Assembly (NCBI GenBank): GCA_964618725.1
Contig: CAZUBK010000001.1
Coordinates: 2,079 to 66,078 of the forward strand
Source of the DNA: an uncultured Pseudomonadales bacterium
GTDB taxonomy: Bacteria; Patescibacteriota; Microgenomatia; UBA1400; Chazhemtobacteraceae
Reading direction: 5' to 3'
Length of the DNA: 64,000 bases
Below the pieces are notes generated by a model that saw only the letters and a list, made by a program, of their open reading frames with translations, was not told the origin of the DNA and did no database searches. Made by a program: the position numbers and the translations under genes. Positions 37,571 to 46,833 of the stretch are shown here, piece by piece; position 1 is the stretch's first letter; each line of letters begins with the position of its first letter.

Positions 37571-38738
37571 GACGATTCATCCGGTAACAAGAATAAGGCA
37601 GCATGTGAAGAATGCTTTGCTAAAACTTAATCAGGCAGAATACTTTGTCTTTGGGGCAAAATGGCTTAAAGTTGTCTCAGTTAACTCAGAACTTGAATCT
37701 ATTCTCTTGGAAGCAAGGCTGATTCGGTTGTATCAGCCAAAATATAACCTGATGCAGAAAGATGATAAATCCGAGCTATACGTTGTTGTTTCAAAGTCAG
37801 AGTATCCTGAAATCACGTTGATTAGAGGGAGTGACCTAACTGGGAAGGAGAAGGTCTATGGGCCGTTTATGTCAGCTAAGTCCGCGGAGCAAATAATGAG
37901 GATAGCGCGGCGGGTGTTTCGTATATGTAGTAATCCTCCTAAAAGGGGGAAAAGGAACCGGGCCTGCTTTTATTATCATATAAGACTATGTGATGGTGTA
38001 TGTATTGGGAAGGTAGAAAAGCGAACTTATCGGAAACGTATAGGGTATCTCAAGAAGTTCCTGGGTGGCCAAGTAAGACAATTGCTTAAAGAATTACTGA
38101 GAGAGATAAGGGAGGCCGCGCAAAAAAAGGATTTCGAGTTGGCTTCGAAGAAGCGAGATTTGTATGAAGCTTTATATCACGTCGTATTTATGAACACAGG
38201 GCTGTCATCATATTTGAGTTCTCCAACGGAGAATCAAGTTAAGTCGCTTAGAAATCTCTTGATACTGGAGGGAATTGAGACGTCACTTGAGAGAATTGAG
38301 GCATATGATATCGCGACCTTGCAACAGAAGGACACGGTTGGCTCAATGGTAGTATTTTATTTGGGTTCACCGCAAAAGAGCCAGTATCGTAAATTTCGAA
38401 TTAGGGGGCTAACGGGAGGGGATCCGACGGCGATGGCAGAGATGCTTAGACGAAGATTTAGACACAGCGAGTGGGAGCTACCGAGTTTAGTTTTGTTGGA
38501 TGGAGGGGTGCCACAGCTATCAGTGGCGGGGAGTGAGATACCAGAGGAGATTCCCAGGATTGGTTTGGCAAAGAAGGAGGAGATTGTGATTGTCCCTAAG
38601 ATCAATGGCGGATACAAAATGATTGAGCTAAGTAAAAGGCAACCAGCACTCAAATTGTTGCAAAATATTCGAGACGAGGCACATCGATTTGCGACCACCT
38701 ATCACAAGAAGGTGAGAGACAGAAGGAGACTAGAGTGA
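37404..38738 (+). CDS. uvrC: UvrC-like excinuclease (GIY-YIG + RNase H-like domain, no HhH); true start may be slightly downstream
   Basis: VYIF..LYIGK, QPKYN, RIEAYDIA, LLDGGVPQL, RDEAHRFA. Confidence 0.88.
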   Translation: MPMKKKDSNLVIEEKFPLRLPWQGVSDLAELFSLLPLRPVVYIFEDEEKRPLYIGKTIHPVTRIRQHVKNALLKLNQAEYFVFGAKWLKVVSVNSELESILLEARLIRLYQPKYNLMQKDDKSELYVVVSKSEYPEITLIRGSDLTGKEKVYGPFMSAKSAEQIMRIARRVFRICSNPPKRGKRNRACFYYHIRLCDGVCIGKVEKRTYRKRIGYLKKFLGGQVRQLLKELLREIREAAQKKDFELASKKRDLYEALYHVVFMNTGLSSYLSSPTENQVKSLRNLLILEGIETSLERIEAYDIATLQQKDTVGSMVVFYLGSPQKSQYRKFRIRGLTGGDPTAMAEMLRRRFRHSEWELPSLVLLDGGVPQLSVAGSEIPEEIPRIGLAKKEEIVIVPKINGGYKMIELSKRQPALKLLQNIRDEAHRFATTYHKKVRDRRRLE

Positions 38739-38762
38739 AGAAAGTGGTAGATTTAACATAAG

Positions 38763-39167
38763 ATGAAAACTATCTTACGTTCTATATTTCTTAACATGAT
38801 TGTTTTGTACCTGGCGATCAGGATTTTTCCTGGTCTTGCCTATGATGGAACACTAAGAACACTTTTTTTGGCGACATTGGCGTTGACGCTACTTAACAAA
38901 ACAGCTAAGCCATTAGTCAAGTTATTGTTACTGCCGATTAATTTGATTACATTGGGAGTGTTTGGCTGGGTGGCCAATGTAGCAACTCTGTTTATTTTGA
39001 CGCGCTTGGTGGCGGGCTTTGCGATAATTAGTTTTTACTTTGAGGGAATAAGTTACCAGGGCTTTATTGTTCCGGCGATGCAAATCTCTTTACTGATGTC
39101 GTTTTTTTTGGCATCGGTAACAATTTCGTTGGTTGCGAGTCTAGTCTCTTGGCTCTTAAAGAAATGA
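38763..39167 (+). CDS. Phage holin family (YvlD-like) membrane protein
   Basis: KPLVKLLLLPINLITLGVF motif. Confidence 0.8.
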   Translation: MKTILRSIFLNMIVLYLAIRIFPGLAYDGTLRTLFLATLALTLLNKTAKPLVKLLLLPINLITLGVFGWVANVATLFILTRLVAGFAIISFYFEGISYQGFIVPAMQISLLMSFFLASVTISLVASLVSWLLKK

Positions 39168-39185
39168 AAATGGTAGAATGTGATT

Positions 39186-39389
39186 ATGTTTTTGCTTATA
39201 GCTCAAGTAGTGGTGGCGCTGTTTTTGGTTGTCTTGGTACTTTTGCAGTCCCAGAATGCAGGTTTGGGTAAGGCTTTTGGCGGAATGCAATATCGTTCAA
39301 AAAAAGGTGTTGAAAAAAGCTTTTTTGTGCTAACAATAGCTTTAGCTGTACTATTTGCAGGAGTATCTTTGATGAATACGTTGTTATAA
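39186..39389 (+). CDS. secG: Preprotein translocase SecG
   Basis: LVLLQ..AGLGKAFGG..RSKKGVEK, two TMs. Confidence 0.9.
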   Translation: MFLLIAQVVVALFLVVLVLLQSQNAGLGKAFGGMQYRSKKGVEKSFFVLTIALAVLFAGVSLMNTLL

Positions 39390-39390
39390 A

Positions 39391-40725
39391 ATGAGTGTTC
39401 TAAGACAGGCTTATTGGTTTGTTCAGGGATTTATTGCTAAGTACAAGAAGACGATTCTAAGTAGTTTTTTATTGGCGGTGGGAGTGGCGGTACTTTTCTT
39501 TTTGCTATTACCCAAATTGCCCCGGCCTAAACGTCATTTGTATGTCGGGATTGTCGGCAAACACACTTTGTCACAGATACCGGTCGAGATTGAGAGAAAA
39601 TTGGGAATAGGGTTAACTAAAACAGGAGAGAATCTACAGCCTGAACCCGGATTGGCCAGTCGGTTTGAGATTCTGGATGAAGGGAGGATTTATCGATTTT
39701 ACTTACGCGACAGCCTGAAGTGGTCTGATGGTCAGGAGATGAGGTTGGCCGATCTTGAGTTTGTGATTCCGGGTGTTGAGATGATGAAGATAGAGCCAAA
39801 TACCATAGAGTTTAGGTTGCCAGAAGCCTTTGCGCCGTTTCCAAGTGTTTTGAGTAAGCCGGTGGTAAACGGAACTCGGACAAGCGGGGAGTATGAGATT
39901 AAGAATATCCAGGCGGCTGGTCCATATATAGATTTAGTTGAGTTAGAGTCGGAGAGAGAAAAACTTTCATATCGCTTCTATGATTCTAGTTCGCAAGCAG
40001 AGCTAGCATTTAAACTGGGACAGATCGATGTATTGTCGGAATTACTCGCCCGACCAGTTGAGGCTGATTGGCCGAACGTGGAATTGAAAGAGATACTGAG
40101 AACAGATCTGTTTGTAGCGGTGTTTTACAACACGAGTAATTCTTTGTTGGCAGACAAGAGTTTAAGACAGGGACTTTCGTATGCGATAAAAGATAAGGAA
40201 ATAGGACAATTAAGGGCGCTATCTTCATATGACCCTAAGTCTTGGGTGTACAACAAGACGGTGAAAGCATATGACTATAGTGAAGCTCGGGCAAAGGAGT
40301 TGGTACAAAAAGCGCAACCAAATGGACAAGAGACAATAGAGTTGGCAACTACACCAGAACTTTTGTTTGTTGCCGAGAGAATTAAGAGTGACTGGGAGAA
40401 AGTGGGGATCAAAGTAGAAATAAGGGTGGTTTCTTCACAGCCGGAGAGTTTTCAGGCAATCGTGAAGATGGTGAACATACCGGCTGATCCGGATCAATAT
40501 TCGTATTGGCATTCGACGCAGAATACCAATTTTACTCGACTACAGAATGCCAAGGTGGATAAGCTACTTGAGGACGGAAGACTTTCCATGAGACTTGAAG
40601 AACGAAGAGCAATTTATCATGATTTGCAACGCTTTTTAGTCGAGGAAGCACCGGCAACATTCTTGTACCATCCGACGATGTATACAATAACGCGCAAGAG
40701 TAAAATTGAAGGTGGAGTAAATTGA
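39391..40725 (+). CDS. ABC transporter substrate-binding protein, family 5
   Basis: LKWSDG, DKSLRQGLSYAI, DPDQYSYWHSTQ. Confidence 0.85.
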   Translation: MSVLRQAYWFVQGFIAKYKKTILSSFLLAVGVAVLFFLLLPKLPRPKRHLYVGIVGKHTLSQIPVEIERKLGIGLTKTGENLQPEPGLASRFEILDEGRIYRFYLRDSLKWSDGQEMRLADLEFVIPGVEMMKIEPNTIEFRLPEAFAPFPSVLSKPVVNGTRTSGEYEIKNIQAAGPYIDLVELESEREKLSYRFYDSSSQAELAFKLGQIDVLSELLARPVEADWPNVELKEILRTDLFVAVFYNTSNSLLADKSLRQGLSYAIKDKEIGQLRALSSYDPKSWVYNKTVKAYDYSEARAKELVQKAQPNGQETIELATTPELLFVAERIKSDWEKVGIKVEIRVVSSQPESFQAIVKMVNIPADPDQYSYWHSTQNTNFTRLQNAKVDKLLEDGRLSMRLEERRAIYHDLQRFLVEEAPATFLYHPTMYTITRKSKIEGGVN

Positions 40726-40737
40726 GGATGAATATAA

Positions 40738-41181
40738 CTAGGTACGGAATTTGTTGGAGCGTTTGACGACCTTGGCAACGTAGACAATCTCGTGAACTTG
40801 GCCAGAATCGTCCTCAATTTGATTGGTGGCTGCGTTTTGGACGTATTGTTGGAGATAAACAGAGAGAGTATCCTGGAGGTGTTTGAGTTCTCCTTTGATC
40901 TCTTTGACTTTGTCGTTAATAGAGGCAGTTTCAGTAGTACTAAGTAAATCTTTCTTAATTTGATTTTTCTTGCCATTGACTTCTTTGACTTCAACAAGAG
41001 CTTGTTTGTATTCGGGGCTATGTTCCAAGATGTTATCGAGCATCTCTTTGTGTTTGTTGTAGGTTTCTTTATGACGTTCGATTTTCGAGAGATAACTCAA
41101 AATTAGACCTTCTAGATTGACTAGGTCTTGTGCAGACAGGGGCTTACTTAGGTCTATCGTTGTGTCATTACTTTGATCCAT
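40738..41181 (-). CDS. Hypothetical coiled-coil protein
   Basis: 147-aa ORF with -10-like TATATT upstream. Confidence 0.65.
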   Translation of the reverse strand: MDQSNDTTIDLSKPLSAQDLVNLEGLILSYLSKIERHKETYNKHKEMLDNILEHSPEYKQALVEVKEVNGKKNQIKKDLLSTTETASINDKVKEIKGELKHLQDTLSVYLQQYVQNAATNQIEDDSGQVHEIVYVAKVVKRSNKFRT

Positions 41182-41247
41182 GCCGGTTAAATATATCGGA
41201 GATTAGTCAACTTAAGCAAGGGTTGATTTACATTTTGTAACGTGAAG

Positions 41248-41913
41248 TTATGAAAAGATTTGCTTATTGAGGTTCTTGGCTTCGTCTAGGAAAAAGGATT
41301 GCCAGTCTGCTTCTTTAAGCTCTATGGTGAGATTAGGATAATCTTTAAGTTCAATACTTTGGAAAAATTGAGTTCCTAGTTGTAGAGGATCAATATGCCA
41401 ATCAAATTTTGTTCTTGCCTGTTGGACTATTTGTTGAATTGTCCAATTGTACTTTTGACAAAGCATATAAAGATCCATGAAGTCACGACTGCGAGGTTTT
41501 TGATAAATGGTAAATAACTTGTTAGTGGCAATATCTAGAGGAGAATCGATCTGTGTTTTTTGATAGAAATTAGATTTGTCTATTTGAGGAAAGGGGAAGT
41601 AAGTAAATTCTGTTTTAAGTATGGAATTTTCAAATCTCAAAAAAATTAGGTTACGATTAAAGCTAGAATTGATATCTAGTTGCTTGTAGTTGAGTTTATT
41701 TTTGATAGATTTCAGGAAAGTTATGACATATGGAAGCTCTACTTCTTGTTCTGAGAAGAAGTCGAGATCCTCGGACATACGATAAGGGATATAGAAGCCA
41801 GCTAAGGCAGTGCCTCCGGAGAGATAGAAATCTTTAACTAAGTTTGAGGCAGAAAAGAGATTTAGGAAATCTGCTTGAGTCTTGGTTATTATAGAAGTAG
41901 GATGAAGTTTCAT
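41248..41913 (-). CDS. AbiEii/AbiGii-family nucleotidyltransferase toxin
   Basis: FYLSGGTALA..YRMSEDLDFF, NKL, RDFMDLY. Confidence 0.85.
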   Translation of the reverse strand: MKLHPTSIITKTQADFLNLFSASNLVKDFYLSGGTALAGFYIPYRMSEDLDFFSEQEVELPYVITFLKSIKNKLNYKQLDINSSFNRNLIFLRFENSILKTEFTYFPFPQIDKSNFYQKTQIDSPLDIATNKLFTIYQKPRSRDFMDLYMLCQKYNWTIQQIVQQARTKFDWHIDPLQLGTQFFQSIELKDYPNLTIELKEADWQSFFLDEAKNLNKQIFS

Positions 41914-42104
41914 TAATTTAGTAAAAATTTAAGAAAGCTTCTTTTTTTCTGATCTAGATTAAGTTTTGAAAGATTTTTTTTAAGGGACACCTTGTTAAGC
42001 TTCTCATTATTGAGGCCAAAATTGATTAGATTCTCAAGTCTCCAAAGATTATACTGCTCTTTGTTTTGACGTAGTTTATTCGTGTTGGTTGACCAGTTGT
42101 ACAT
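41913..42104 (-). CDS. Small partner protein (putative antitoxin)
   Basis: 63 aa, TAATG coupling to the toxin, TATAAT 6 nt upstream. Confidence 0.7.
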   Translation of the reverse strand: MYNWSTNTNKLRQNKEQYNLWRLENLINFGLNNEKLNKVSLKKNLSKLNLDQKKRSFLKFLLN

Positions 42105-42193
42105 AGGTTAATTATATCATTGGTAGATTTTTTTCAGATATCATCTGGCTTTAATGTTATAATCCTATAAACGTACTTTAATAGGGAGGGTGT

Positions 42194-43045
42194 TTGATGA
42201 AACGTAAGTTGATAGTCATTGCTGCTGTGCTTTTTTTGCTTGGATTATTTTTCTTTCAGGGTAAAAAAATTGCTTCGGTTGTCGCTCCGCCATTATTGTC
42301 TTTAGTTAAGTCAGACTGTCAATTTCCGGAGGGATTTGAGATCGTCTATGTTGGCTTTGAACCGAAACCTTGGTTGATTGAGGCGACTAGATGTGACCTG
42401 AAAGAAACCGTTGAGTTATTGAAAGGCATAGGCTATACCCAATGGCCAGAGAGGGTCGTCATAGGCATCTATTCCCCAATTGAATTCCAAAAGTCGAATC
42501 ATGGTGTGATAGCAGGAAAAACCTTACAATCTGATGAAGAGTTAGGTTTGGTAGTAATGCAAAGCGGTGCGGGGTGGGATGTTCCTTCGATCAAAATGCG
42601 GCGATATATTATGGCACATGAGTTGACTCATATTGTTCAGGGAGTCAGATCTTGTGGCTTTAGAGATTATGGACGACTGACAAGGGCGATTAATGAAGGT
42701 GAAGCGGTAATGGTCAGTCAGGGTTTACCTGGCACCTTAAGTTCAGATGAGGTCTGGTTGGATAAAATGATGAGTGGTACCACCATCTCTAATTCAGAGA
42801 TAGCAATAGCGATATCTGATGAAGATATGGACTACTTAAGTCTGCAAGGATTGAGATACAGTTTTTATAATTTGTTTGCCAGATATCTTCTTGAGCAGAC
42901 CCCTGGTGGTAAGAAATGGGGAAGGAATGCCTTTTATCTTTATGACTCAGGGCGATGTTCTTTTAACGATGCATCAGCCTTTACCTTCGCCTTTAAAGTC
43001 AGTCCGGAAGATGCACTGAATGGTCTAGCTGGATTCAGAGAATAG
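42194..43045 (+). CDS. Exported gluzincin-type metallopeptidase-like protein
   Basis: N-terminal TM/signal; AHELTH..INEGEA. Confidence 0.7.
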   Translation: MMKRKLIVIAAVLFLLGLFFFQGKKIASVVAPPLLSLVKSDCQFPEGFEIVYVGFEPKPWLIEATRCDLKETVELLKGIGYTQWPERVVIGIYSPIEFQKSNHGVIAGKTLQSDEELGLVVMQSGAGWDVPSIKMRRYIMAHELTHIVQGVRSCGFRDYGRLTRAINEGEAVMVSQGLPGTLSSDEVWLDKMMSGTTISNSEIAIAISDEDMDYLSLQGLRYSFYNLFARYLLEQTPGGKKWGRNAFYLYDSGRCSFNDASAFTFAFKVSPEDALNGLAGFRE

Positions 43046-43053
43046 TTTGATTG

Positions 43054-43081
43054 AAAAACCACCCGGTGACGGGTGGTTTTT
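43054..43081. terminator. Bidirectional terminator
   Basis: AAAAACCACCCG-GTGA-CGGGTGGTTTTT. Confidence 0.8.
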
Positions 43082-43088
43082 GTGTGTC

Positions 43089-43412
43089 TTAGTAGATGAA
43101 GGCGAAGTATACGCCAGTAAAGAAGCAGACTCCCAATGCTAACAAAATCATCAGAGTGATGATGGGAAATTTGATTGGAGGATCTTCGCGCCTATCGGTT
43201 TGATCATTGGTTTCAAGAGAATGTTCGACGTAAGATTCACCGACGGATATGTGGGAATAGAAATCTTGTGTGACTTGGATGTCACGCCCGTCTTCGAGCT
43301 GCAGATGATAGATCGTTTCTTGTGAGAAAGGTAGGTCAAAAAGTATCAGGTCCATAAGCCAGTCGCCGTCGGTCGTGTACTTTCGTACTATCTTGGTCTT
43401 TGTTATGATCAT
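43089..43412 (-). CDS. Hypothetical protein with C-terminal TM
   Basis: SD GGGAGG before the ATG at 43412. Confidence 0.55.
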   Translation of the reverse strand: MIITKTKIVRKYTTDGDWLMDLILFDLPFSQETIYHLQLEDGRDIQVTQDFYSHISVGESYVEHSLETNDQTDRREDPPIKFPIITLMILLALGVCFFTGVYFAFIY

Positions 43413-43507
43413 GTATTCCTCCCTAAGGATCGCTTTTAACGAATAGGTCAAGATCGATGATTGCCGAAATGATAAAAGTGCATGAATCCGCAGTTTACCT
43501 CCTAATA

Positions 43508-45322
43508 TTAGTTGTTGCGCTTGTGACGGCGGCGTTCGAGGTCAGAAAGGTACTTTTTGCGAAGACGCAGGCTGATTGGCGTTATCTCGAGCAGTTCATC
43601 TGGTTCAAGAAGGTCGAGGGACTGTTCGAGGCTTAGGTCAATTGGAGGAGCAAGTTGGATGATGCCATCAGAAGATTTACTTCTCATATTAGTAAGTTTT
43701 TTACCTTTACAAACATTGATTTCTAGATCTTCTTCGCGAGAGTTCTGACCAATGATCATGCCTTCATAGACCTTTGTTCCTGGCCCAATAAAGGTAACTC
43801 CTCGACCTTGGGCGGCTTCTAGGCCATATGCCAGGGCATCGCCGGTTTGCCCGGCAATTAATACGCCGGAACGAAGTTTGGGGAGGGGTTTACCTTGAAG
43901 CTCAAAACCCAAAAGCTGAGAACTAAAAAGAACGGTACCTTTTGTGGCAGTGAGGAGTAAACTTCTAAGACCAATAATGTTTCGAGTGGGCATATGATAA
44001 ATGAATTCGACTTCGTGGTCGGATATTGGCTCCATTTTGATAAGAGCGGCAAGACGCTTAAGAAGATGCTGGTTAATAGTGCCTTGGTACTCATTGAGGA
44101 CAACAATGCTTACTTCTTCGACTGGTTCGGTGACGACTCCATTGATCGTTTTAGTGATGACTTCAGGCTTGCCTACCTCCATCTCGAAACCTTCACGGCG
44201 CATAGTTTCGAGTAGGACGGCGAGATGGAGCTCCCCCCTACCAGAGAGCTTGTATTTACCGTTGTCGAGTTTTTCAACTCGAAGACTTAGATTGGTTTGG
44301 AGTTCACGCATTAGGCGATCTTCAAGTTGGCGGCTGGTTGAGTATTTACCTTCTTTGCCGGAAAAAGGAGCAGTATTGGCACCGAGAGTTAAGTGAAGGG
44401 TAGGTTCACCAATAGCTTGAGAATCAATCGCAGTAATGTCAGAGGAGTCGGTAAGGGTGTCGCCAATGTGCGCCTCAGAGATACCAGAGAGAATAACTAT
44501 GTCGCCGGCCTGTGCTTGATCAATTTCAAGACGTCCTAGACCTTCGGCGACCATGATTTTCTCGATACTGTAGCTTCTACTTGGGTCTTTGGCGATGACG
44601 ACTTTCTGATTTTGATTCAGAAGACCTTGATGGATTTTACCAACTAGTAGACGCCCAAGATGAGGATTGTGGTCAAGAGAGGAAACAAGCATTTTAAAAG
44701 GTAAATTGACTTCGTTTTGAGGAGCGGGAATATAGTCAATGATTGCTTCAAGAAGAGGAATGACGTTGCCTGGGGCATTTACATCAGTGGGGCGATCAGT
44801 AAAGACACTGCCGGTGCGACTCACAGCATAAAGAAAGGGGAAATTGAGTTGATCTTCAGTAGTGGCTAACTCGAGGAAAAGACTTTCAGTTTTACTGATG
44901 ACTTCATTAATGCGGGCAAAGGGTTTGTCTATCTTGTTGATGACGACAATGATTTTAAGACCTAAGTCGAGGGCCTTTTTGAGAACGAATCTGGTTTGAG
45001 GCATAGGACCCTCTTGGGCGTCGATGATAAGGAGTGTTCCATCGGCCATATTAAGAGTACGTTCAACTTCGCCGCTGAAATCAGCGTGGCCCGGAGTGTC
45101 GATGATGTTGATTTTGGTACCTTTGTACTCAATGGCGCAGTTTTTGGCCATGATAGTGATACCTCGTTCACGTTCGAGGTCATTACTGTCCAAGATGCGA
45201 TCTTGGGTCATTTCTTCTTGATTGTCACGAAAAACGTGAGTTTGTTTAAGAAGGGCGTCAACGAGAGTGGTTTTGCCATGGTCGACGTGGGCAATGACGG
45301 CAATATTTCTGATTTTATTCAT
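43508..45322 (-). CDS. typA: Translational GTPase TypA/BipA
   Basis: IRNIAVIAHVDHGKTTLVD, ERGITI, GRGELHL, KKLTNMRS. Confidence 0.97.
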   Translation of the reverse strand: MNKIRNIAVIAHVDHGKTTLVDALLKQTHVFRDNQEEMTQDRILDSNDLERERGITIMAKNCAIEYKGTKINIIDTPGHADFSGEVERTLNMADGTLLIIDAQEGPMPQTRFVLKKALDLGLKIIVVINKIDKPFARINEVISKTESLFLELATTEDQLNFPFLYAVSRTGSVFTDRPTDVNAPGNVIPLLEAIIDYIPAPQNEVNLPFKMLVSSLDHNPHLGRLLVGKIHQGLLNQNQKVVIAKDPSRSYSIEKIMVAEGLGRLEIDQAQAGDIVILSGISEAHIGDTLTDSSDITAIDSQAIGEPTLHLTLGANTAPFSGKEGKYSTSRQLEDRLMRELQTNLSLRVEKLDNGKYKLSGRGELHLAVLLETMRREGFEMEVGKPEVITKTINGVVTEPVEEVSIVVLNEYQGTINQHLLKRLAALIKMEPISDHEVEFIYHMPTRNIIGLRSLLLTATKGTVLFSSQLLGFELQGKPLPKLRSGVLIAGQTGDALAYGLEAAQGRGVTFIGPGTKVYEGMIIGQNSREEDLEINVCKGKKLTNMRSKSSDGIIQLAPPIDLSLEQSLDLLEPDELLEITPISLRLRKKYLSDLERRRHKRNN

Positions 45323-45455
45323 ATTTGTTACAAAAAATCCCTTAAACAAATGGAATGACCTGTTGCCAGGTCACTAACTTGGTCATTGTAGCATGATTGA
45401 GGCAGCTTGTCTATATATTATGAGATTGATCTAGATTAGCTATGTAAGTGTCTCC

Positions 45456-45484
45456 TTGACACTAAGAAAGCCTGGGTATACAAT
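45456..45484 (+). promoter_or_regulatory. Sigma70 promoter of pncB
   Basis: TTGACA-17 nt-TACAAT. Confidence 0.7.
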
Positions 45485-45530
45485 GTGTCTTACGCACATT
45501 GACAAGACTTCAATATAAAAGGAGAAGGGA

Positions 45531-46751
45531 ATGAAAAAAGACGAAGGAATAATTCCTTCCTTGCTGTGGGTAGACAAGTATAAATTTACCATGGGTCAGT
45601 TTGCCTGGTTTTACCAGCCTGGTGCGGTTGTAAGCTATGGCTTTACCAACCGAAGTCTTAATATCCCGCTTGGGAGATTGATTGATGAGGGACGGTTCCG
45701 AGAAGAACTTGATCATGTGAGAAGCTTAACTTTTCGGATGCGAGAGTTGGCATATCTTAAGCGCCAGGGGACATACCTACCAGGATACATAAATTATCTG
45801 AGTACATTTAAGTTGCCGCCTTACGATCTTAAGTACGAGGGGGAGCAGTTCTCTCTTAAGGTAACTGGGACGTGGCCTGAAACAATTTTCTGGGAGACGC
45901 TGATCTTGACGATTCAGATGAGTCTGTACTGTGAGTCTGTTCTCAAACGAGACGGACTTGATCTGAGGGCTGTCTGGAGGGAAGGTGAGCGGCGACTTCT
46001 TAACAAAACGTCGCTATTATCAAGCTATACATCCGTTGTTCGGTTGATTGACTTTATCTGTCGACGTCCTTTTAGTGTACCCTGGCACAAGAATGTACTG
46101 GAGATCCTGATGCAGGAGATCCCCAATATCTTGGTTGGGACGTCAAATGTTTACTTAGCTTGGAAGAATGATATTCCGGCACTGGGAACGATGGCTCACG
46201 AAGTGTTCATGATCTACGCGGCTTTGTTTGGAAGAGACAGTGATGTTTTTTTGTGTGAGTCGGTGTATCTGGCACTGCGTGATTGGGAAAATCTGTATCC
46301 CAATGAGAAATTGATTGCTTTGACTGATACCTTTGGAACCTACTCATTTCTTGAGGGCATGCCAAGAGAAATGGTGGAACGTCTTGATGGGTATCGCCAC
46401 GACTCGATGCAGACACCTGAGGACTACGGATACTTGGTCGCCAACTTCTTAAGAAGCCACGGGATCGATCCAAAAACTAAATCAATTGTTTTCAGTGATG
46501 GATTAGATGTTCCCTCAGCAATTAAACTGTCAGAGACCTTTTCCAAAATCTATGCCGTTGTTTATAGTGGCATTGGAGGCAACCTCGGTAATGACATGGG
46601 GCTACCTAAGCCAAGCACTGTCGTAAAGCCGATTTCGGCTAACGGTCGGCCAGCGATTAAGCTCTCTGATGTTTCAGGTAAACATATGGGGGATACCACT
46701 GAGCAACTTCGCTACGAACGCGCCTTTCTTGCCCACAAAAAAACATATTGA
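45531..46751 (+). CDS. pncB: Nicotinate phosphoribosyltransferase (divergent)
   Basis: DKYKFTMGQ, GTSNV, GTMAHE, LTDTFG, RHDS, FSDGLD, KLSD. Confidence 0.9.
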   Translation: MKKDEGIIPSLLWVDKYKFTMGQFAWFYQPGAVVSYGFTNRSLNIPLGRLIDEGRFREELDHVRSLTFRMRELAYLKRQGTYLPGYINYLSTFKLPPYDLKYEGEQFSLKVTGTWPETIFWETLILTIQMSLYCESVLKRDGLDLRAVWREGERRLLNKTSLLSSYTSVVRLIDFICRRPFSVPWHKNVLEILMQEIPNILVGTSNVYLAWKNDIPALGTMAHEVFMIYAALFGRDSDVFLCESVYLALRDWENLYPNEKLIALTDTFGTYSFLEGMPREMVERLDGYRHDSMQTPEDYGYLVANFLRSHGIDPKTKSIVFSDGLDVPSAIKLSETFSKIYAVVYSGIGGNLGNDMGLPKPSTVVKPISANGRPAIKLSDVSGKHMGDTTEQLRYERAFLAHKKTY

Positions 46752-46760
46752 GGTCTTTAT

Positions 46761-46795
46761 GCCGGTTACTTCCAATTTGGGAGTAACCGGCTTTT
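46761..46795 (+). terminator. Intrinsic terminator between pncB and nadE
   Basis: GCCGGTTACTTCC..GGGAGTAACCGGC followed by TTTT. Confidence 0.75.
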
Positions 46796-46833
46796 ATGAA
46801 GTTTTAGTTAATAATTTGGAGAAACTAGAGAAA

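Noticed and set aside
10750-45358. Many 60-200 aa ORFs antisense to or nested in ruv, ppsA, eno, uvr and typA
   Set aside because: Shadow ORFs of well-conserved genes with no independent signals.
46669-46833. nadE N-terminal extension / pncB-nadE overlap
   Set aside because: It runs through a clear terminator hairpin; NadE-like sequence begins near 46834.
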